Shown here: in pieces, positions 28,890 through 37,973 of the stretch
Numbering within the stretch: position 1 is the first letter of the stretch
How the letters are laid out: each line of letters opens with the position of its first letter
NCBI GenBank assembly: GCA_038885755.1
Contig: JAVZZH010000001.1
Coordinates: 96,001-160,000, forward strand
Direction: 5' to 3'
Origin: Candidatus Caldarchaeum sp.
Lineage (GTDB): Archaea > Thermoproteota > Nitrososphaeria_A > Caldarchaeales > Caldarchaeaceae
Length of the DNA: 64,000 nucleotides
Position numbers and translations under genes: made by a program
Notes under the pieces: generated by a model
Told to the model about the DNA's origin: nothing
What the model saw: the letters and a program-made list of their open reading frames with translations, nothing else
The model's database searches: none

Positions 28890-30100
28890 TTAGCTTGTCT
28901 CCAGAACCGTGGAGAGGCGAGAAGCACTGGGTAAGCCCGTTCAACTTCTCGGAAAACGTTTTGAGCGGCATGAGCTTCCCCGAAAAGATCGAGATACACG
29001 ACGTGACTCTCAGGGATGGTGAGCAGGCTCCCGGCATAGTTCTGAGGTCTGATGAGAAGCTGGAGATTGCGAGGGCTTTGGACATGCTTGGGGTTCACAG
29101 GATCGAGGCGGGGATGCCTGTGGTGTCGCAGGAGGATTTCAAAGCGGTCAAGCGGATAGCCGCCGAAGGGTTGAAGGCCCGGGTTTTCGGCTTTTCAAGA
29201 CTCGTCAAACAGGACATCGACGCAGCTGTGCAGGCAGACGTCTCAGGCATCGTGGCCGAGGGCCCCGTAGGTGTTCCCAAGCTGATGCAGTTCGGCTGGA
29301 AACCGGAGGACGTTGTGGAGAAGGCGCTGGAGCATGTTGACTACGCAAAAGACCACGGGCTTTACACCGTCTTCTTCGGAGTCGACGGGACGAGGGCGGA
29401 CCTCTCATTCCTCAAACACCTGTACAGCAGGGTTGTGAAGGAGGCTAAGGCCGACGCCGTGGCGGTCGTCGACACGATGGGATGCGCAAGCCCTGAAGGC
29501 TTCCGAAGCCTCGTCAGGGAGGTCGTCAAGACCGTGAACGTGCCTGTCGAGGTCCACTGCCACAACGACTTCGGCTTGGGTCCGGCGGTAAGCATAGCGG
29601 GGCTTTCAGCTGGAGCGAGCGTGGTGCATGTCTCCGTCAACGGCATAGGCGAGAGAGCGGGGAACGCCAGCCTAGAAGAGGTGGCTCTCAGCCTCGAGCT
29701 ACTCTACGGAAGAAAGTTGGGCCTGAAGTATGAGATGCTTGTCGAGGTCTCTAGGCTTGTGGAGAGGCTCACGGGCTTCAAGATGGCTGCCAACAAACCC
29801 ATAGTGGGCGAAAGAGTCTTCACGAGGGAGTCTGGAATATCGGTCGCCGGCTGGATAAAGTATCATCTCGGCTCCGAGTCGTTCCTGCCTGAGCTCGTGG
29901 GCAACAAACACAACGTCCTCGTAGGCAAGAAGAGCGGCCGCCACTCTCTGGAATGGAAGCTCAAATCCCTAGGAGTAGAAGCCAAGCCGGAGGACATCGA
30001 CGCGCTCGTAGAAAGAGTCAAGCAGAAATCGATAGAGAAGAAGGGCCCCCTCACCGACGAGGAGTTGCTGGAATGTCTTCAAACAGCCACTCAGAGGTAG
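28886..30100 (+). CDS. DRE-TIM metallolyase (homocitrate/isopropylmalate synthase-like, no regulatory domain)
   Basis: DVTLRDGEQ, HCHND, NGIGERAGNA, GKKSG. Confidence 0.85.
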   Translation: MISLSPEPWRGEKHWVSPFNFSENVLSGMSFPEKIEIHDVTLRDGEQAPGIVLRSDEKLEIARALDMLGVHRIEAGMPVVSQEDFKAVKRIAAEGLKARVFGFSRLVKQDIDAAVQADVSGIVAEGPVGVPKLMQFGWKPEDVVEKALEHVDYAKDHGLYTVFFGVDGTRADLSFLKHLYSRVVKEAKADAVAVVDTMGCASPEGFRSLVREVVKTVNVPVEVHCHNDFGLGPAVSIAGLSAGASVVHVSVNGIGERAGNASLEEVALSLELLYGRKLGLKYEMLVEVSRLVERLTGFKMAANKPIVGERVFTRESGISVAGWIKYHLGSESFLPELVGNKHNVLVGKKSGRHSLEWKLKSLGVEAKPEDIDALVERVKQKSIEKKGPLTDEELLECLQTATQR

Positions 30101-31149
30101 GGTTTCTGCAGGTACTCGACCCCGAGGGCGTGCTGGTGGGGGAGCCGGACCCAACCCTCACCAACGACCTTCTAGTGGCGATGATGAGGGACATGGTTAG
30201 GGCGCGTCTCTTCGACGAATGGATGCTGAAGATACATCCCTTGGGAATGGCTTCCCGGTATGCTCCCTGCGAAGGGCAGGAGGCCTCCATGGTCGGCAGC
30301 GTTTACAGCACTTCTAGCAACGACTGGCTCTTCCCGACATACCGTGAATACCCCGTAGCTCTGGCCCGCGGAGTCCCGTTGACGGACATAATGCACAGGA
30401 TGTTCGCCAACAGCAAAGACCTCTTGAAAGGACATGAGATCACGCTCTTCGGCGACAGAAGATACAGAATAGTGATAGGCGCTGGGGGCGTGTCGTTGAT
30501 GGCGCCCGTCGCAGTCGGCATGGCTATGGCCTCAGCCATGAAGCGTGAAAAAGATGTTTTCCTAGTATACATAGGCGACGGAGCGACCTCTAAGGCTGAT
30601 TTCCACGAGGCTATCAACTGGGCTGGAGTGTTCAAGACCCCTGTTGTCTTCTTCTGCCAGAACAACCAGTGGGCGATCTCTGTACCATTCTCCCGTCAGA
30701 CAGCTTCCTCCAGCATAGCGGTTAAGGCGAAAGCCTACGGCATCCCCGGCTTGAGGGTTGACGGAAACGACGTCATGGCCGTCTACACAGCGTGTAAGAA
30801 AGCTGTGGACAGAGCTAGGGACGGCTCAGGCCCCACGCTCGTGGAGGCGGTGACGTACAGGATGGGGCCTCACACGACTGCAGACGACCCGTCGAGGTAC
30901 AGGTCGGAGGAGGAGGTTGCTTTATGGAGGCAGCGAGACCCGTTGAAGCGGATGAGAAACTACCTGAGCAGGAACGGATTATGGCGGGAGACCGACGAGA
31001 AACAACTCGCTGAAGACTTCAGGAAAGCCCTTAGGCAGGCTACTGAAGAAGCTGAGAAGACCCCTCCGCTGAAGCCTTCAGCAATCTTCGAGGATGTTTA
31101 TTCAAGCCCTCCATGGCATCTAGTTGAAGAGATGGAAGAGATCGCTTGA
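30073..31149 (+). CDS. pdhA: 2-oxoacid dehydrogenase E1 alpha subunit (TPP-dependent)
   Basis: GQEA, TYRE, TPP motif GDGATS...NNQWAIS, HTTADDP; start moved to ATG 30073. Confidence 0.88.
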   Translation: MSSNSHSEVGFLQVLDPEGVLVGEPDPTLTNDLLVAMMRDMVRARLFDEWMLKIHPLGMASRYAPCEGQEASMVGSVYSTSSNDWLFPTYREYPVALARGVPLTDIMHRMFANSKDLLKGHEITLFGDRRYRIVIGAGGVSLMAPVAVGMAMASAMKREKDVFLVYIGDGATSKADFHEAINWAGVFKTPVVFFCQNNQWAISVPFSRQTASSSIAVKAKAYGIPGLRVDGNDVMAVYTACKKAVDRARDGSGPTLVEAVTYRMGPHTTADDPSRYRSEEEVALWRQRDPLKRMRNYLSRNGLWRETDEKQLAEDFRKALRQATEEAEKTPPLKPSAIFEDVYSSPPWHLVEEMEEIA

Positions 31150-32000
31150 GCCTCGAACCACGACGCTTAACCCTGGCCGACGTCTCATCGCTTAAGCCGC
31201 ACGAACAATCAATCCAACATTTAGTAGACAGGCTTGCTCACGAAATCAAAACCTCCGGAAGAATAATCCATCCCGTAGTCGTCGACGCTAAAACCGGGCT
31301 GGTGGTTGACGGCACACACAGAGTCGAGGCCGCAAGGCAGCTGGGCCTCCGATACATTCCGGTCTACAGGGTTGACTATCTTTCGGAAAGCGTTGTTCTA
31401 GACGGCTGGGGCAGGGTTTTGAGGAGAGAGGTCGTCCCTGAGAAAGTTTTTCAGACAGCCTTGGACGAGGGCTTCAAGCCCGTTGAAGCCGGAACACAGG
31501 AAACAGCGCTATGCTTCGTTGAAAACTCCGGCCGGAAAACATGCTTTTCCCTAGACGAGCCGGACCTGCAAAGGCTTTACGGCAGATTGTCGAGGCTTGA
31601 AAGACTCCTGTCCGTTTACGACGTCTCCTACCTCCCCGAGCCCGAGCTGGCGTCCTATCTCAGGAGCGGCGGCTTCCGCATGGGCTACACGATACGCAGG
31701 CTGCGGAAACCCGAGGTCCTCGACTTCGTCGAGAAAGGGTTTAGGCTCCCGCCCAAGTCAACCCGACACCTAGTCGACAGAAGGCCGATGTTTGTGCTCT
31801 GCCCTCTGGGGCTGCTGGGCGAGGATGATGCTGAACGGTTGTTTGAGGAATGGTTGGAGAAAGGCGTCTGGGTTGACTTGGGAAGCGGCGTCGTCATAGA
31901 CCGAAGATACGATGAAAAAGTCCTCCTCTACTTTAGGCGGGATTTACGCAGCCTCTACCCCGAGAACGTGCTGAAGCTGGTTGAAGCCGTCAAGGTTTGA
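31146..32000 (+). CDS. ParB/Srx-domain protein, SerK/SbnI-like free-serine kinase candidate
   Basis: PHEQ, VVDGTHR and C-terminal PPKSTRH resemble SerK motifs. Confidence 0.65.
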   Translation: MSLEPRRLTLADVSSLKPHEQSIQHLVDRLAHEIKTSGRIIHPVVVDAKTGLVVDGTHRVEAARQLGLRYIPVYRVDYLSESVVLDGWGRVLRREVVPEKVFQTALDEGFKPVEAGTQETALCFVENSGRKTCFSLDEPDLQRLYGRLSRLERLLSVYDVSYLPEPELASYLRSGGFRMGYTIRRLRKPEVLDFVEKGFRLPPKSTRHLVDRRPMFVLCPLGLLGEDDAERLFEEWLEKGVWVDLGSGVVIDRRYDEKVLLYFRRDLRSLYPENVLKLVEAVKV

Positions 32001-32916
32001 GGGCTTCAATTATCTTGGCGGCCAGCATCCTTCCAGCTGCTTCCTGAGCCTCGTAGGTCTGCGCTCCAACATGCGGGGTGGCGACTACGTTGTCGAGCAG
32101 AAGGAGTTTGCTGCCCGTCGGAGGCTCACGCTCGAAAACATCGAGGCCGGCTCCAGCCAGCCTTCCCGTCGATAATGCTTCGTACAGAGCCTCCTCGTCA
32201 ACAACCTCGCCCCTAGAGGCGTTCACCAAGATGGCTGAAGGCTTCATCATCGCTATCCTCTCCGAGTTTATGAAGCGCCTCGTCTCCTGCGTAAGCGGCA
32301 CGTGAAGGGTGATGACGTCGGAGTTCCTCAGAACGTCCTCGAGCGATGTCAGCCTAGCCTCAGCCTCCTTAAGAACCTCGGCCGGTATGGGTATCACGTC
32401 GTAGGCCAGAACCCTCATCCCCATAGCATGCGCTATCCTAGCCACAGCCCTGCCTATCCGTCCGTAGCCCACGACGCCGAGCGTTTTACCGGCCAGCTCA
32501 ACACCCATGGCCTCGTGCTTGGGCCATTTACCCATCCTCATCATCCTGTCGCACCAAGCAACCTTCCTGGCGACCGCGATCATCAACCCGACCACAAGCT
32601 CTGCGACGCTGTTTGTCGGAGCCTCAGGCGTGTTCAAAACCTTCACGCCGTGTCTCGAAGCAGCCTCGACGTCGACGTTGTCAAGCCCCACTCCAGCCCT
32701 GCCGACAACCCTCAGAGTAGGCAGCCCACTCTCAATAACCCTCGCCGTCACCTTCGTGCGACCGCGGACGACTAGGGCGCTGCATCCCTTGACCGCTTTC
32801 TCGAGGTCTGAGGCCGAGATGTCAGGCCTGTAGTCAACCTCGAAACCCGCCTCCGAAAGCATCTTGACCGAGGCCGGGTCAATCGGGTCAGCAATCAGAA
32901 CACGCAACCCCATCAC
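31990..32916 (-). CDS. serA: D-3-phosphoglycerate dehydrogenase / D-2-hydroxyacid dehydrogenase
   Basis: RAGVGLDNVD, GYGRIG, NASRG, TPHVGA. Confidence 0.85.
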   Translation of the reverse strand: MMGLRVLIADPIDPASVKMLSEAGFEVDYRPDISASDLEKAVKGCSALVVRGRTKVTARVIESGLPTLRVVGRAGVGLDNVDVEAASRHGVKVLNTPEAPTNSVAELVVGLMIAVARKVAWCDRMMRMGKWPKHEAMGVELAGKTLGVVGYGRIGRAVARIAHAMGMRVLAYDVIPIPAEVLKEAEARLTSLEDVLRNSDVITLHVPLTQETRRFINSERIAMMKPSAILVNASRGEVVDEEALYEALSTGRLAGAGLDVFEREPPTGSKLLLLDNVVATPHVGAQTYEAQEAAGRMLAAKIIEALKP

Positions 32917-32989
32917 TCAACCAAGTTTTGGGGCGTATTTAAGTCAGAGACAAACATTTTTTACAAGGGATTACGACGACATAGCCAGC

Positions 32990-33274
32990 ATGCCTTTCAA
33001 GAGGAAGAGCAGGGGAAGGTCGAAAGGAGCAAAAGGCAAGGAAGCGACTGTCCAGTGCGACAACTGCGGCGCATACGTTCCACGCAGCAAGGTTCAGAGG
33101 GTGACTCGCAGGGTTTCGCTCGTCCGTGGAGACCTTGCCCGTGAGCTGAAGCAGGCGGGTGCATACCTTGCGGAGAACATAGTTGTGAAGAACCTCTGTA
33201 TCAGCTGCGCCATCCACTACGGAGTTCTCAAGGTCAGGGCTAGGCAGGAGAGGAAGCCGGAGCAGTTCATCTAA
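32990..33274 (+). CDS. rps26e: 30S ribosomal protein S26e
   Basis: MPFKRKSRGR, CDNCG, CISCAIH; start moved to ATG 32990. Confidence 0.95.
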   Translation: MPFKRKSRGRSKGAKGKEATVQCDNCGAYVPRSKVQRVTRRVSLVRGDLARELKQAGAYLAENIVVKNLCISCAIHYGVLKVRARQERKPEQFI

Positions 33275-33337
33275 GGTTTATTCTGGGAATGGTTTAATAA
33301 AAAGAACCGCCGTAGTTGTCTCCAGAGGTGATTTGTT

Positions 33338-34306
33338 TTGGAAGCAGCTTCTCAGAGGGCTAGGATGTCGCTTGTCAAGCTACGGATAGCCATGCTGGGG
33401 ACGTGGGCGCTCATAACGGCGCTGGCATCTCTGCTGTTCGTAGCCGTCCTCTCCTTCCTAAGGATTCCGCTTCTGAACTTCTACACCATCATAGGCTTCG
33501 TCGTCTTCTTCCACGTATTCCAGTGGCTGATAGGACCCTACATCATCAACGCCGTCTACCGTGCAAAGCCCGCATCCGAGGCAGGCTTGGCTTGGGTTGA
33601 GGAGGCGGTGAACCGTTTGAGCATCTCGGCAGGCATGGAGAAGCCGCCCAAGGCCTACGTGGCTGAGATCGACATACCCAACGCCTTCGCCTACGGAAGC
33701 CCTCTGACAGGCCCGATGGTAGCCGTCACGCGGAGGCTTGCTGAATCGCTGCCGCCTGAGGAGGTCGAGGCTGTGATAGGTCATGAGCTAGGCCACATCA
33801 AGCACAGGGATGTTTTGTTCATGATGGCTGTGAGCATCATTCCAGCGATCATCTACTACCTAGGGTATACGTTGTTTGTTTCAGGCGCCTACGGCGGACG
33901 GAGGGATGGAGGAGCCTACGTCTTCCTCGTCGGCTTAGTGTTGATGGCTTTCAGCTTCGTGTTCAACCTTTTCGTCTTCTACCTCAGTCGCCTACGTGAA
34001 TACTACGCCGACTACTTTGCAGCCAAGACTGTCAGGAGCGGCGCACGCAACCTTCAGCGGGCGCTGGTGAGGATAATGATGCTGTCTGGCCGTATTAGAA
34101 GGGAGGAGGCGGCTCATTTCGAGCAGTTCAAGGCCTTCTTCATAGCCGACCCCGAGGTAAGCATTCAGTCGTTCGGCGACGTCGACTCCATCGTCGAAAG
34201 GGTCAAGAGCATGAAATCCAGCGGAATCGTCGAGCTGTTCAGCACGCATCCAGACCCCGCCAAGCGTTTGAGGGCCCTGGACAACTACATCTACAGCCCT
34301 GCGTAG
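33338..34306 (+). CDS. htpX: Zinc metalloprotease HtpX (M48)
   Basis: PNAFA, HELGH, SRLREYYAD, STHP. Confidence 0.94.
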   Translation: MEAASQRARMSLVKLRIAMLGTWALITALASLLFVAVLSFLRIPLLNFYTIIGFVVFFHVFQWLIGPYIINAVYRAKPASEAGLAWVEEAVNRLSISAGMEKPPKAYVAEIDIPNAFAYGSPLTGPMVAVTRRLAESLPPEEVEAVIGHELGHIKHRDVLFMMAVSIIPAIIYYLGYTLFVSGAYGGRRDGGAYVFLVGLVLMAFSFVFNLFVFYLSRLREYYADYFAAKTVRSGARNLQRALVRIMMLSGRIRREEAAHFEQFKAFFIADPEVSIQSFGDVDSIVERVKSMKSSGIVELFSTHPDPAKRLRALDNYIYSPA

Positions 34307-34327
34307 CCCGCATCATGCTTTTATACC

Positions 34328-34906
34328 ATGGCGTCCGCCTATCTGTCGGCTATGTCTTCAGCCAACGCCTCAATCCAGGCGACGCAGGGTATACTCCGGT
34401 GTAAACACGCCCTTCCAATCCTTTCAGCAATATACCCGCGCCCCCAGAGGTTCTCGGAGATATGCCATAGGCTGGGCATACACGACAAAGTGCTGGTGAG
34501 GAAGCTCGAGGCCCTCATGTCGCACGGGTTGGTCATGCCCACGTCAGGCGGGTATGCTTTGACGGAGAGCGGGCGTCGCTTCATGGATTCTCTCCAGCCT
34601 GTGATGAGCAAGGTTGAGCCCGAGGTCTTGGCTGAGGTTCTTAAATGTAAGTGGTCGAAAGAGATTCTCAAGAAGCTCGTCGATGGCCCGAGGTACAGCG
34701 TGGAGGTTGTTGACGGGATCGCCGGGCTGAGCTGGAAGGTTGCTTCAGAGAGGTTGAAGAAGCTTCAGAGGCTGGGGTTGGTGAGTAGGACAGTAGTTTC
34801 GGAGCAAAGCCCCGTCCGTGTGCTGTACGGTCTAACTAGGAAGGGTATGGTTGTAGCATGGTGGGTTGATGTTTTGACGACCGCCGTGGGCGGGGGGTTG
34901 CCGTAG
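34328..34906 (+). CDS. HxlR-family transcriptional regulator with duplicated wHTH domain
   Basis: Two repeats of the pattern L.CK[HW]...IL...P.R...Y.LT..G. Confidence 0.8.
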   Translation: MASAYLSAMSSANASIQATQGILRCKHALPILSAIYPRPQRFSEICHRLGIHDKVLVRKLEALMSHGLVMPTSGGYALTESGRRFMDSLQPVMSKVEPEVLAEVLKCKWSKEILKKLVDGPRYSVEVVDGIAGLSWKVASERLKKLQRLGLVSRTVVSEQSPVRVLYGLTRKGMVVAWWVDVLTTAVGGGLP

Positions 34907-34942
34907 AGTATATATAAAGCCTGTTCTCGCTAGCGCTGGATC

Positions 34943-35368
34943 ATGTCGGAACGCTACGAGGTGCCCGATGACCTCCTCTACACGAAGGAGCATGAATGGG
35001 TCCGGCAGGAGAAGAAGAAATACGCAGTAGTAGGTATAACAGACTACGCTCAGAGGAAGCTCCGAGAAATCATCTACATAGAGCTGCCTCACATCAACAC
35101 GAAGGTCAGGACGAGAGACGTTCTCGGAACTGTCGAGTCAGTCAAGTCCACGGCCGACATCTTTTCACCCGTCTCTGGGAAAATAGTCGAGGTCAACTCA
35201 ACGCTGCTAGACCATCCCGAGATGCTTAACGAGTCGCCTTACACCGATGGGTGGATAGCCAAGGTTGAGCTCAGCGACCCGGCTGAGCTCGACAAGCTGA
35301 TGGACGCCGACGAATACAGGAGGTATCTCGAGGAACTCGAGGAGGAGAAGACAGAGGAAGAGATGTGA
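34943..35368 (+). CDS. gcvH: Glycine cleavage H / lipoyl carrier protein
   Basis: HEWV, GITDYAQ, lipoyl-lysine motif VESVK, PY..GW. Confidence 0.95.
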   Translation: MSERYEVPDDLLYTKEHEWVRQEKKKYAVVGITDYAQRKLREIIYIELPHINTKVRTRDVLGTVESVKSTADIFSPVSGKIVEVNSTLLDHPEMLNESPYTDGWIAKVELSDPAELDKLMDADEYRRYLEELEEEKTEEEM

Positions 35369-35445
35369 AGACCAGCCGGCCACAGCATGCATAAGAATAT
35401 ATAGCTCTGGAGCGTATGTGTGGCTTACTAGTTCAAGGAGAGTGT

Positions 35446-35799
35446 TTGGTCGTGGTTTTGGTCAAGGTTCAGAGGATCACAAGCTACACAGATCCGGAGA
35501 CGCTGAGGCCCGGGAAGATCATCGAGCTCGTCGAAGTTAGACGCGGTGGTGGTTTTCAGGCCGTCGGCATGGGGGAGGAGTCGGTCATGGTTCAGCGGAT
35601 GCTTCAGACCGCCATGCTCCAGCTCCAGTCCATGGGGTTGATGCCTGTCTCACGTGAAAACTTGTTTCCGAAAATCATCCTCTACGTGACGGAGCAGGAG
35701 TACGACATGCTCAACGTAAAGCTGGAGGTCAACGAGGTTTACGAGGTCAGCTTCAACGACGGTTCTATCGTCTTCAAGAGGCCTCAGGGAATAGGCTAG
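35446..35799 (+). CDS. Arcadin-1-like protein
   Basis: Recognised from recall of the family pattern GK.IELVE ... LQSMGL.P ... PKI.LY.TE.EY.ML...EVNEVY; TTG start after GGAG. Confidence 0.65.
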   Translation: MVVVLVKVQRITSYTDPETLRPGKIIELVEVRRGGGFQAVGMGEESVMVQRMLQTAMLQLQSMGLMPVSRENLFPKIILYVTEQEYDMLNVKLEVNEVYEVSFNDGSIVFKRPQGIG

Positions 35800-36254
35800 T
35801 CAGAGCTCCTCCGCTGCCAGAGCTGTTTGAACCAAGAAGGCACTCTGGGTTCTTCTACGACGTCGTAATAGTCGTAAGGCTTGACGTCGAGAACAGGCGT
35901 GGATGTGTAGGCGTCGAGGCCCAGAACCTTCAAACCTTCCTCAAACACCTCGACAAGCCTGCAGACAGCCAAGCCTATCGGGTTGGGCCGTGCAGGACCT
36001 CTCGAAGCGAACACACCGACTTCAGGCAGGTCGGGACGGCCCCTCGGCCTGACAACCAGCTCAGCACGCTTCTCCAGATGGAGGTAGAAAATCACGAAGA
36101 TGTGGCTGTATTCCTCAAGACCCTTCAACCCCGGGCGGTATTCTTCGAAGATCTCTATTGTCGAGACATCTCTCCACCGGTTCCACTCCACCGTCTTGTC
36201 CAGCGGCATGCCCTCCTTCACACGCCCGACCGGCTTAAGCACAACTATGTCCAA
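35796..36254 (-). CDS. tsaA: tRNA (m6t6A37) methyltransferase TrmO/TsaA family
   Basis: GLEEYSHI, GVFASRGP.RPNPIGL, TPVLDVKPY. Confidence 0.9.
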   Translation of the reverse strand: MDIVVLKPVGRVKEGMPLDKTVEWNRWRDVSTIEIFEEYRPGLKGLEEYSHIFVIFYLHLEKRAELVVRPRGRPDLPEVGVFASRGPARPNPIGLAVCRLVEVFEEGLKVLGLDAYTSTPVLDVKPYDYYDVVEEPRVPSWFKQLWQRRSSD

Positions 36255-36257
36255 GAC

Positions 36258-36857
36258 CTAATCCCTCAACGCCACAGCTGTAGCCCAGACACGCTGAACA
36301 ACTGTGATGAATGAAACGACTGAGATGAAAACAGCTGAGACGTAAAGCATCAGAGGGTTTAGGTATGCGAGGAACGTGCCGAGGATGGCTGCGACAACCC
36401 TCACGGCTCTCTCGCCTATCCCTACTTCTTTGAGGCTCACGCTGAGGGACTCGCCCCGGGCCCTGACGTAGCTGACCAGCATGGATGAAGCCAGCATCAC
36501 GACAGCCAACAACCCGTCGACGTATCCAGTGACCATGAAGCCCACGACTATCAAGCTGTCCGAAACCCGGTCGGAGACCGAGTCGACGAAAGCCCCCATC
36601 CTCGACTGGCTTCCAGTCAACCTTGCCAGAGAACCGTCAAGCCCGTCCAGTAGTGCGCCGAGAGACAGGACAAATCCAGCCGCCAGAAAATAAACACGCT
36701 CGACGCGGGCAAGCCCGTAGAAGGCTAGAGACAGAGAGGTCAAGCCAACGCCTGCAGCCGTCAAGACATTGGGCGAGATACCCGCCTTGGCGAACAGCTT
36801 AACAACAGGCAGGGCTGCATTCTCGAATAAAGCCCGGCCACGTCTGCTCACAGCCAC
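36258..36857 (-). CDS. CDP-alcohol phosphatidyltransferase (archaetidylinositol phosphate synthase-like)
   Basis: PNVLT, DGLDGSLAR...GAFVDSVSD, SYVRARGE. Confidence 0.9.
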   Translation of the reverse strand: MAVSRRGRALFENAALPVVKLFAKAGISPNVLTAAGVGLTSLSLAFYGLARVERVYFLAAGFVLSLGALLDGLDGSLARLTGSQSRMGAFVDSVSDRVSDSLIVVGFMVTGYVDGLLAVVMLASSMLVSYVRARGESLSVSLKEVGIGERAVRVVAAILGTFLAYLNPLMLYVSAVFISVVSFITVVQRVWATAVALRD

Positions 36858-36937
36858 GAATGTCCACAGCGTTCTCCTGATTTATGTTTACCTCAAGGCG
36901 ACAGGTTTATATCATGTTAACGGCGATCCTCTAGCTG

Positions 36938-37291
36938 ATGGCTGCAGACGAGGCTTTGATGCAGGCGATGAGGCTCGTCGAAGCTGCGAAAACCAACCCC
37001 GAAATATCCAAGAAAGCATCAGGGTGGAGCAAGGTCGTGCAGTTCAAGCCAAGCGACGGCAAGCCGTTCTACATCCACTCGACGGCCGGAGCACTCGCTG
37101 TAAGCGAGGGGCTTCACCCCACCCCTTCGGCCTCGATCGAGTCAACTCACCAAGACCTTGTCTCAATCCTGAAAGGCGAGATGGACGCCGTCAAAGCTTT
37201 CTTCTCGGGAAGGATAAAGATCAAGGGAGATGTCTTCGCAGCACAGGAGCTTAACTCCATCTTCACGTCGCTGTTAAAGGGCGGTCAGTAG
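36938..37291 (+). CDS. SCP2 sterol-binding domain protein
   Basis: G.MDAVKAFFSGRIKIKGD. Confidence 0.85.
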   Translation: MAADEALMQAMRLVEAAKTNPEISKKASGWSKVVQFKPSDGKPFYIHSTAGALAVSEGLHPTPSASIESTHQDLVSILKGEMDAVKAFFSGRIKIKGDVFAAQELNSIFTSLLKGGQ

Positions 37292-37645
37292 GCTCTCGAT
37301 GGCTTCAACGGTGTTGATTCCCAGCTTCTTCAAAACCCTCAGCCTTCGGTGGTAAGAGTCGTCAACCCTGTACCCAGAACCGGTAAGCTGTTTGTACAGC
37401 CTGGCCGTGTTCTTCATCCCCTCTCTGTCGAAGTCTAGAAGAAGAATCACACGGGTTGTCGGCGGAACCCTGATCAACTCGGTGCGTAGACGACTCTGAA
37501 GAATTATCCTCCCCCTGAACCCCATCTTCCTAAGCGTCCTCACGTCCCTGACTCCCTCCACCAGAACAACCGTCTCTTCGTCTGACTCATCCACAAGCCT
37601 CTTCAGAATCTTTCTAACTTCCTCGTAAACCTCCTCCCTCGACAA
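37274..37645 (-). CDS. Stand-alone Toprim domain protein
   Basis: VLVEGVRD and LLDFDREG; probable TTG start at 37645. Confidence 0.85.
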   Translation of the reverse strand: MSREEVYEEVRKILKRLVDESDEETVVLVEGVRDVRTLRKMGFRGRIILQSRLRTELIRVPPTTRVILLLDFDREGMKNTARLYKQLTGSGYRVDDSYHRRLRVLKKLGINTVEAIESLLTAL

Positions 37646-37826
37646 GCCGATTCCCCTTACCCAAGTAGTGATAACATTATAGATATTGCTAAACATTTCT
37701 ATTCATCTTACGATTGAGAGGATTCTGAAAATCCGTCGGAAAAAGCCTGAAAACCATACGGACGTATTACCTTTAGTTATAACCATCCAACAACGCAGAG
37801 AAGCCAACGCGAGGTGAAGAAAAGAA

Positions 37827-37973
37827 ATGAAAGTTGTAACGGTGCATCTACCCGAGCCATACCTCCAAGCGATAGACGAGCTGGTGCGACGCAGGCTGTA
37901 CCCCAACAGGGCTGAGGCCATACGGATGGCGCTCCGAGACTTCATCAGGTCGGAGGTACAGATAAGTGAGTGA
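37827..37973 (+). CDS. Ribbon-helix-helix regulator, CdrS-like (not in the ORF track)
   Basis: Manual translation MKVVTVHLPEPYLQAIDELVRRRLYPNRAEAIRMALRDFIRSEVQISE; GAGGTGA SD upstream; overlaps the ftsZ start. Confidence 0.88.
   Translation: MKVVTVHLPEPYLQAIDELVRRRLYPNRAEAIRMALRDFIRSEVQISE

Noticed and set aside
29953-30072. N-terminal extensions in the ORF track for E1-alpha, and likewise for rps26e, crtI, the asparaginase-like gene and the 59598 ORF
   Set aside because: They overlap neighbouring genes or promoters, and family similarity starts at downstream ATGs.
31146-32000. ParB chromosome partition gene
   Set aside because: There is no HTH, adjacent ParA or parS-like repeat; the motifs fit the SerK-like enzymes better.
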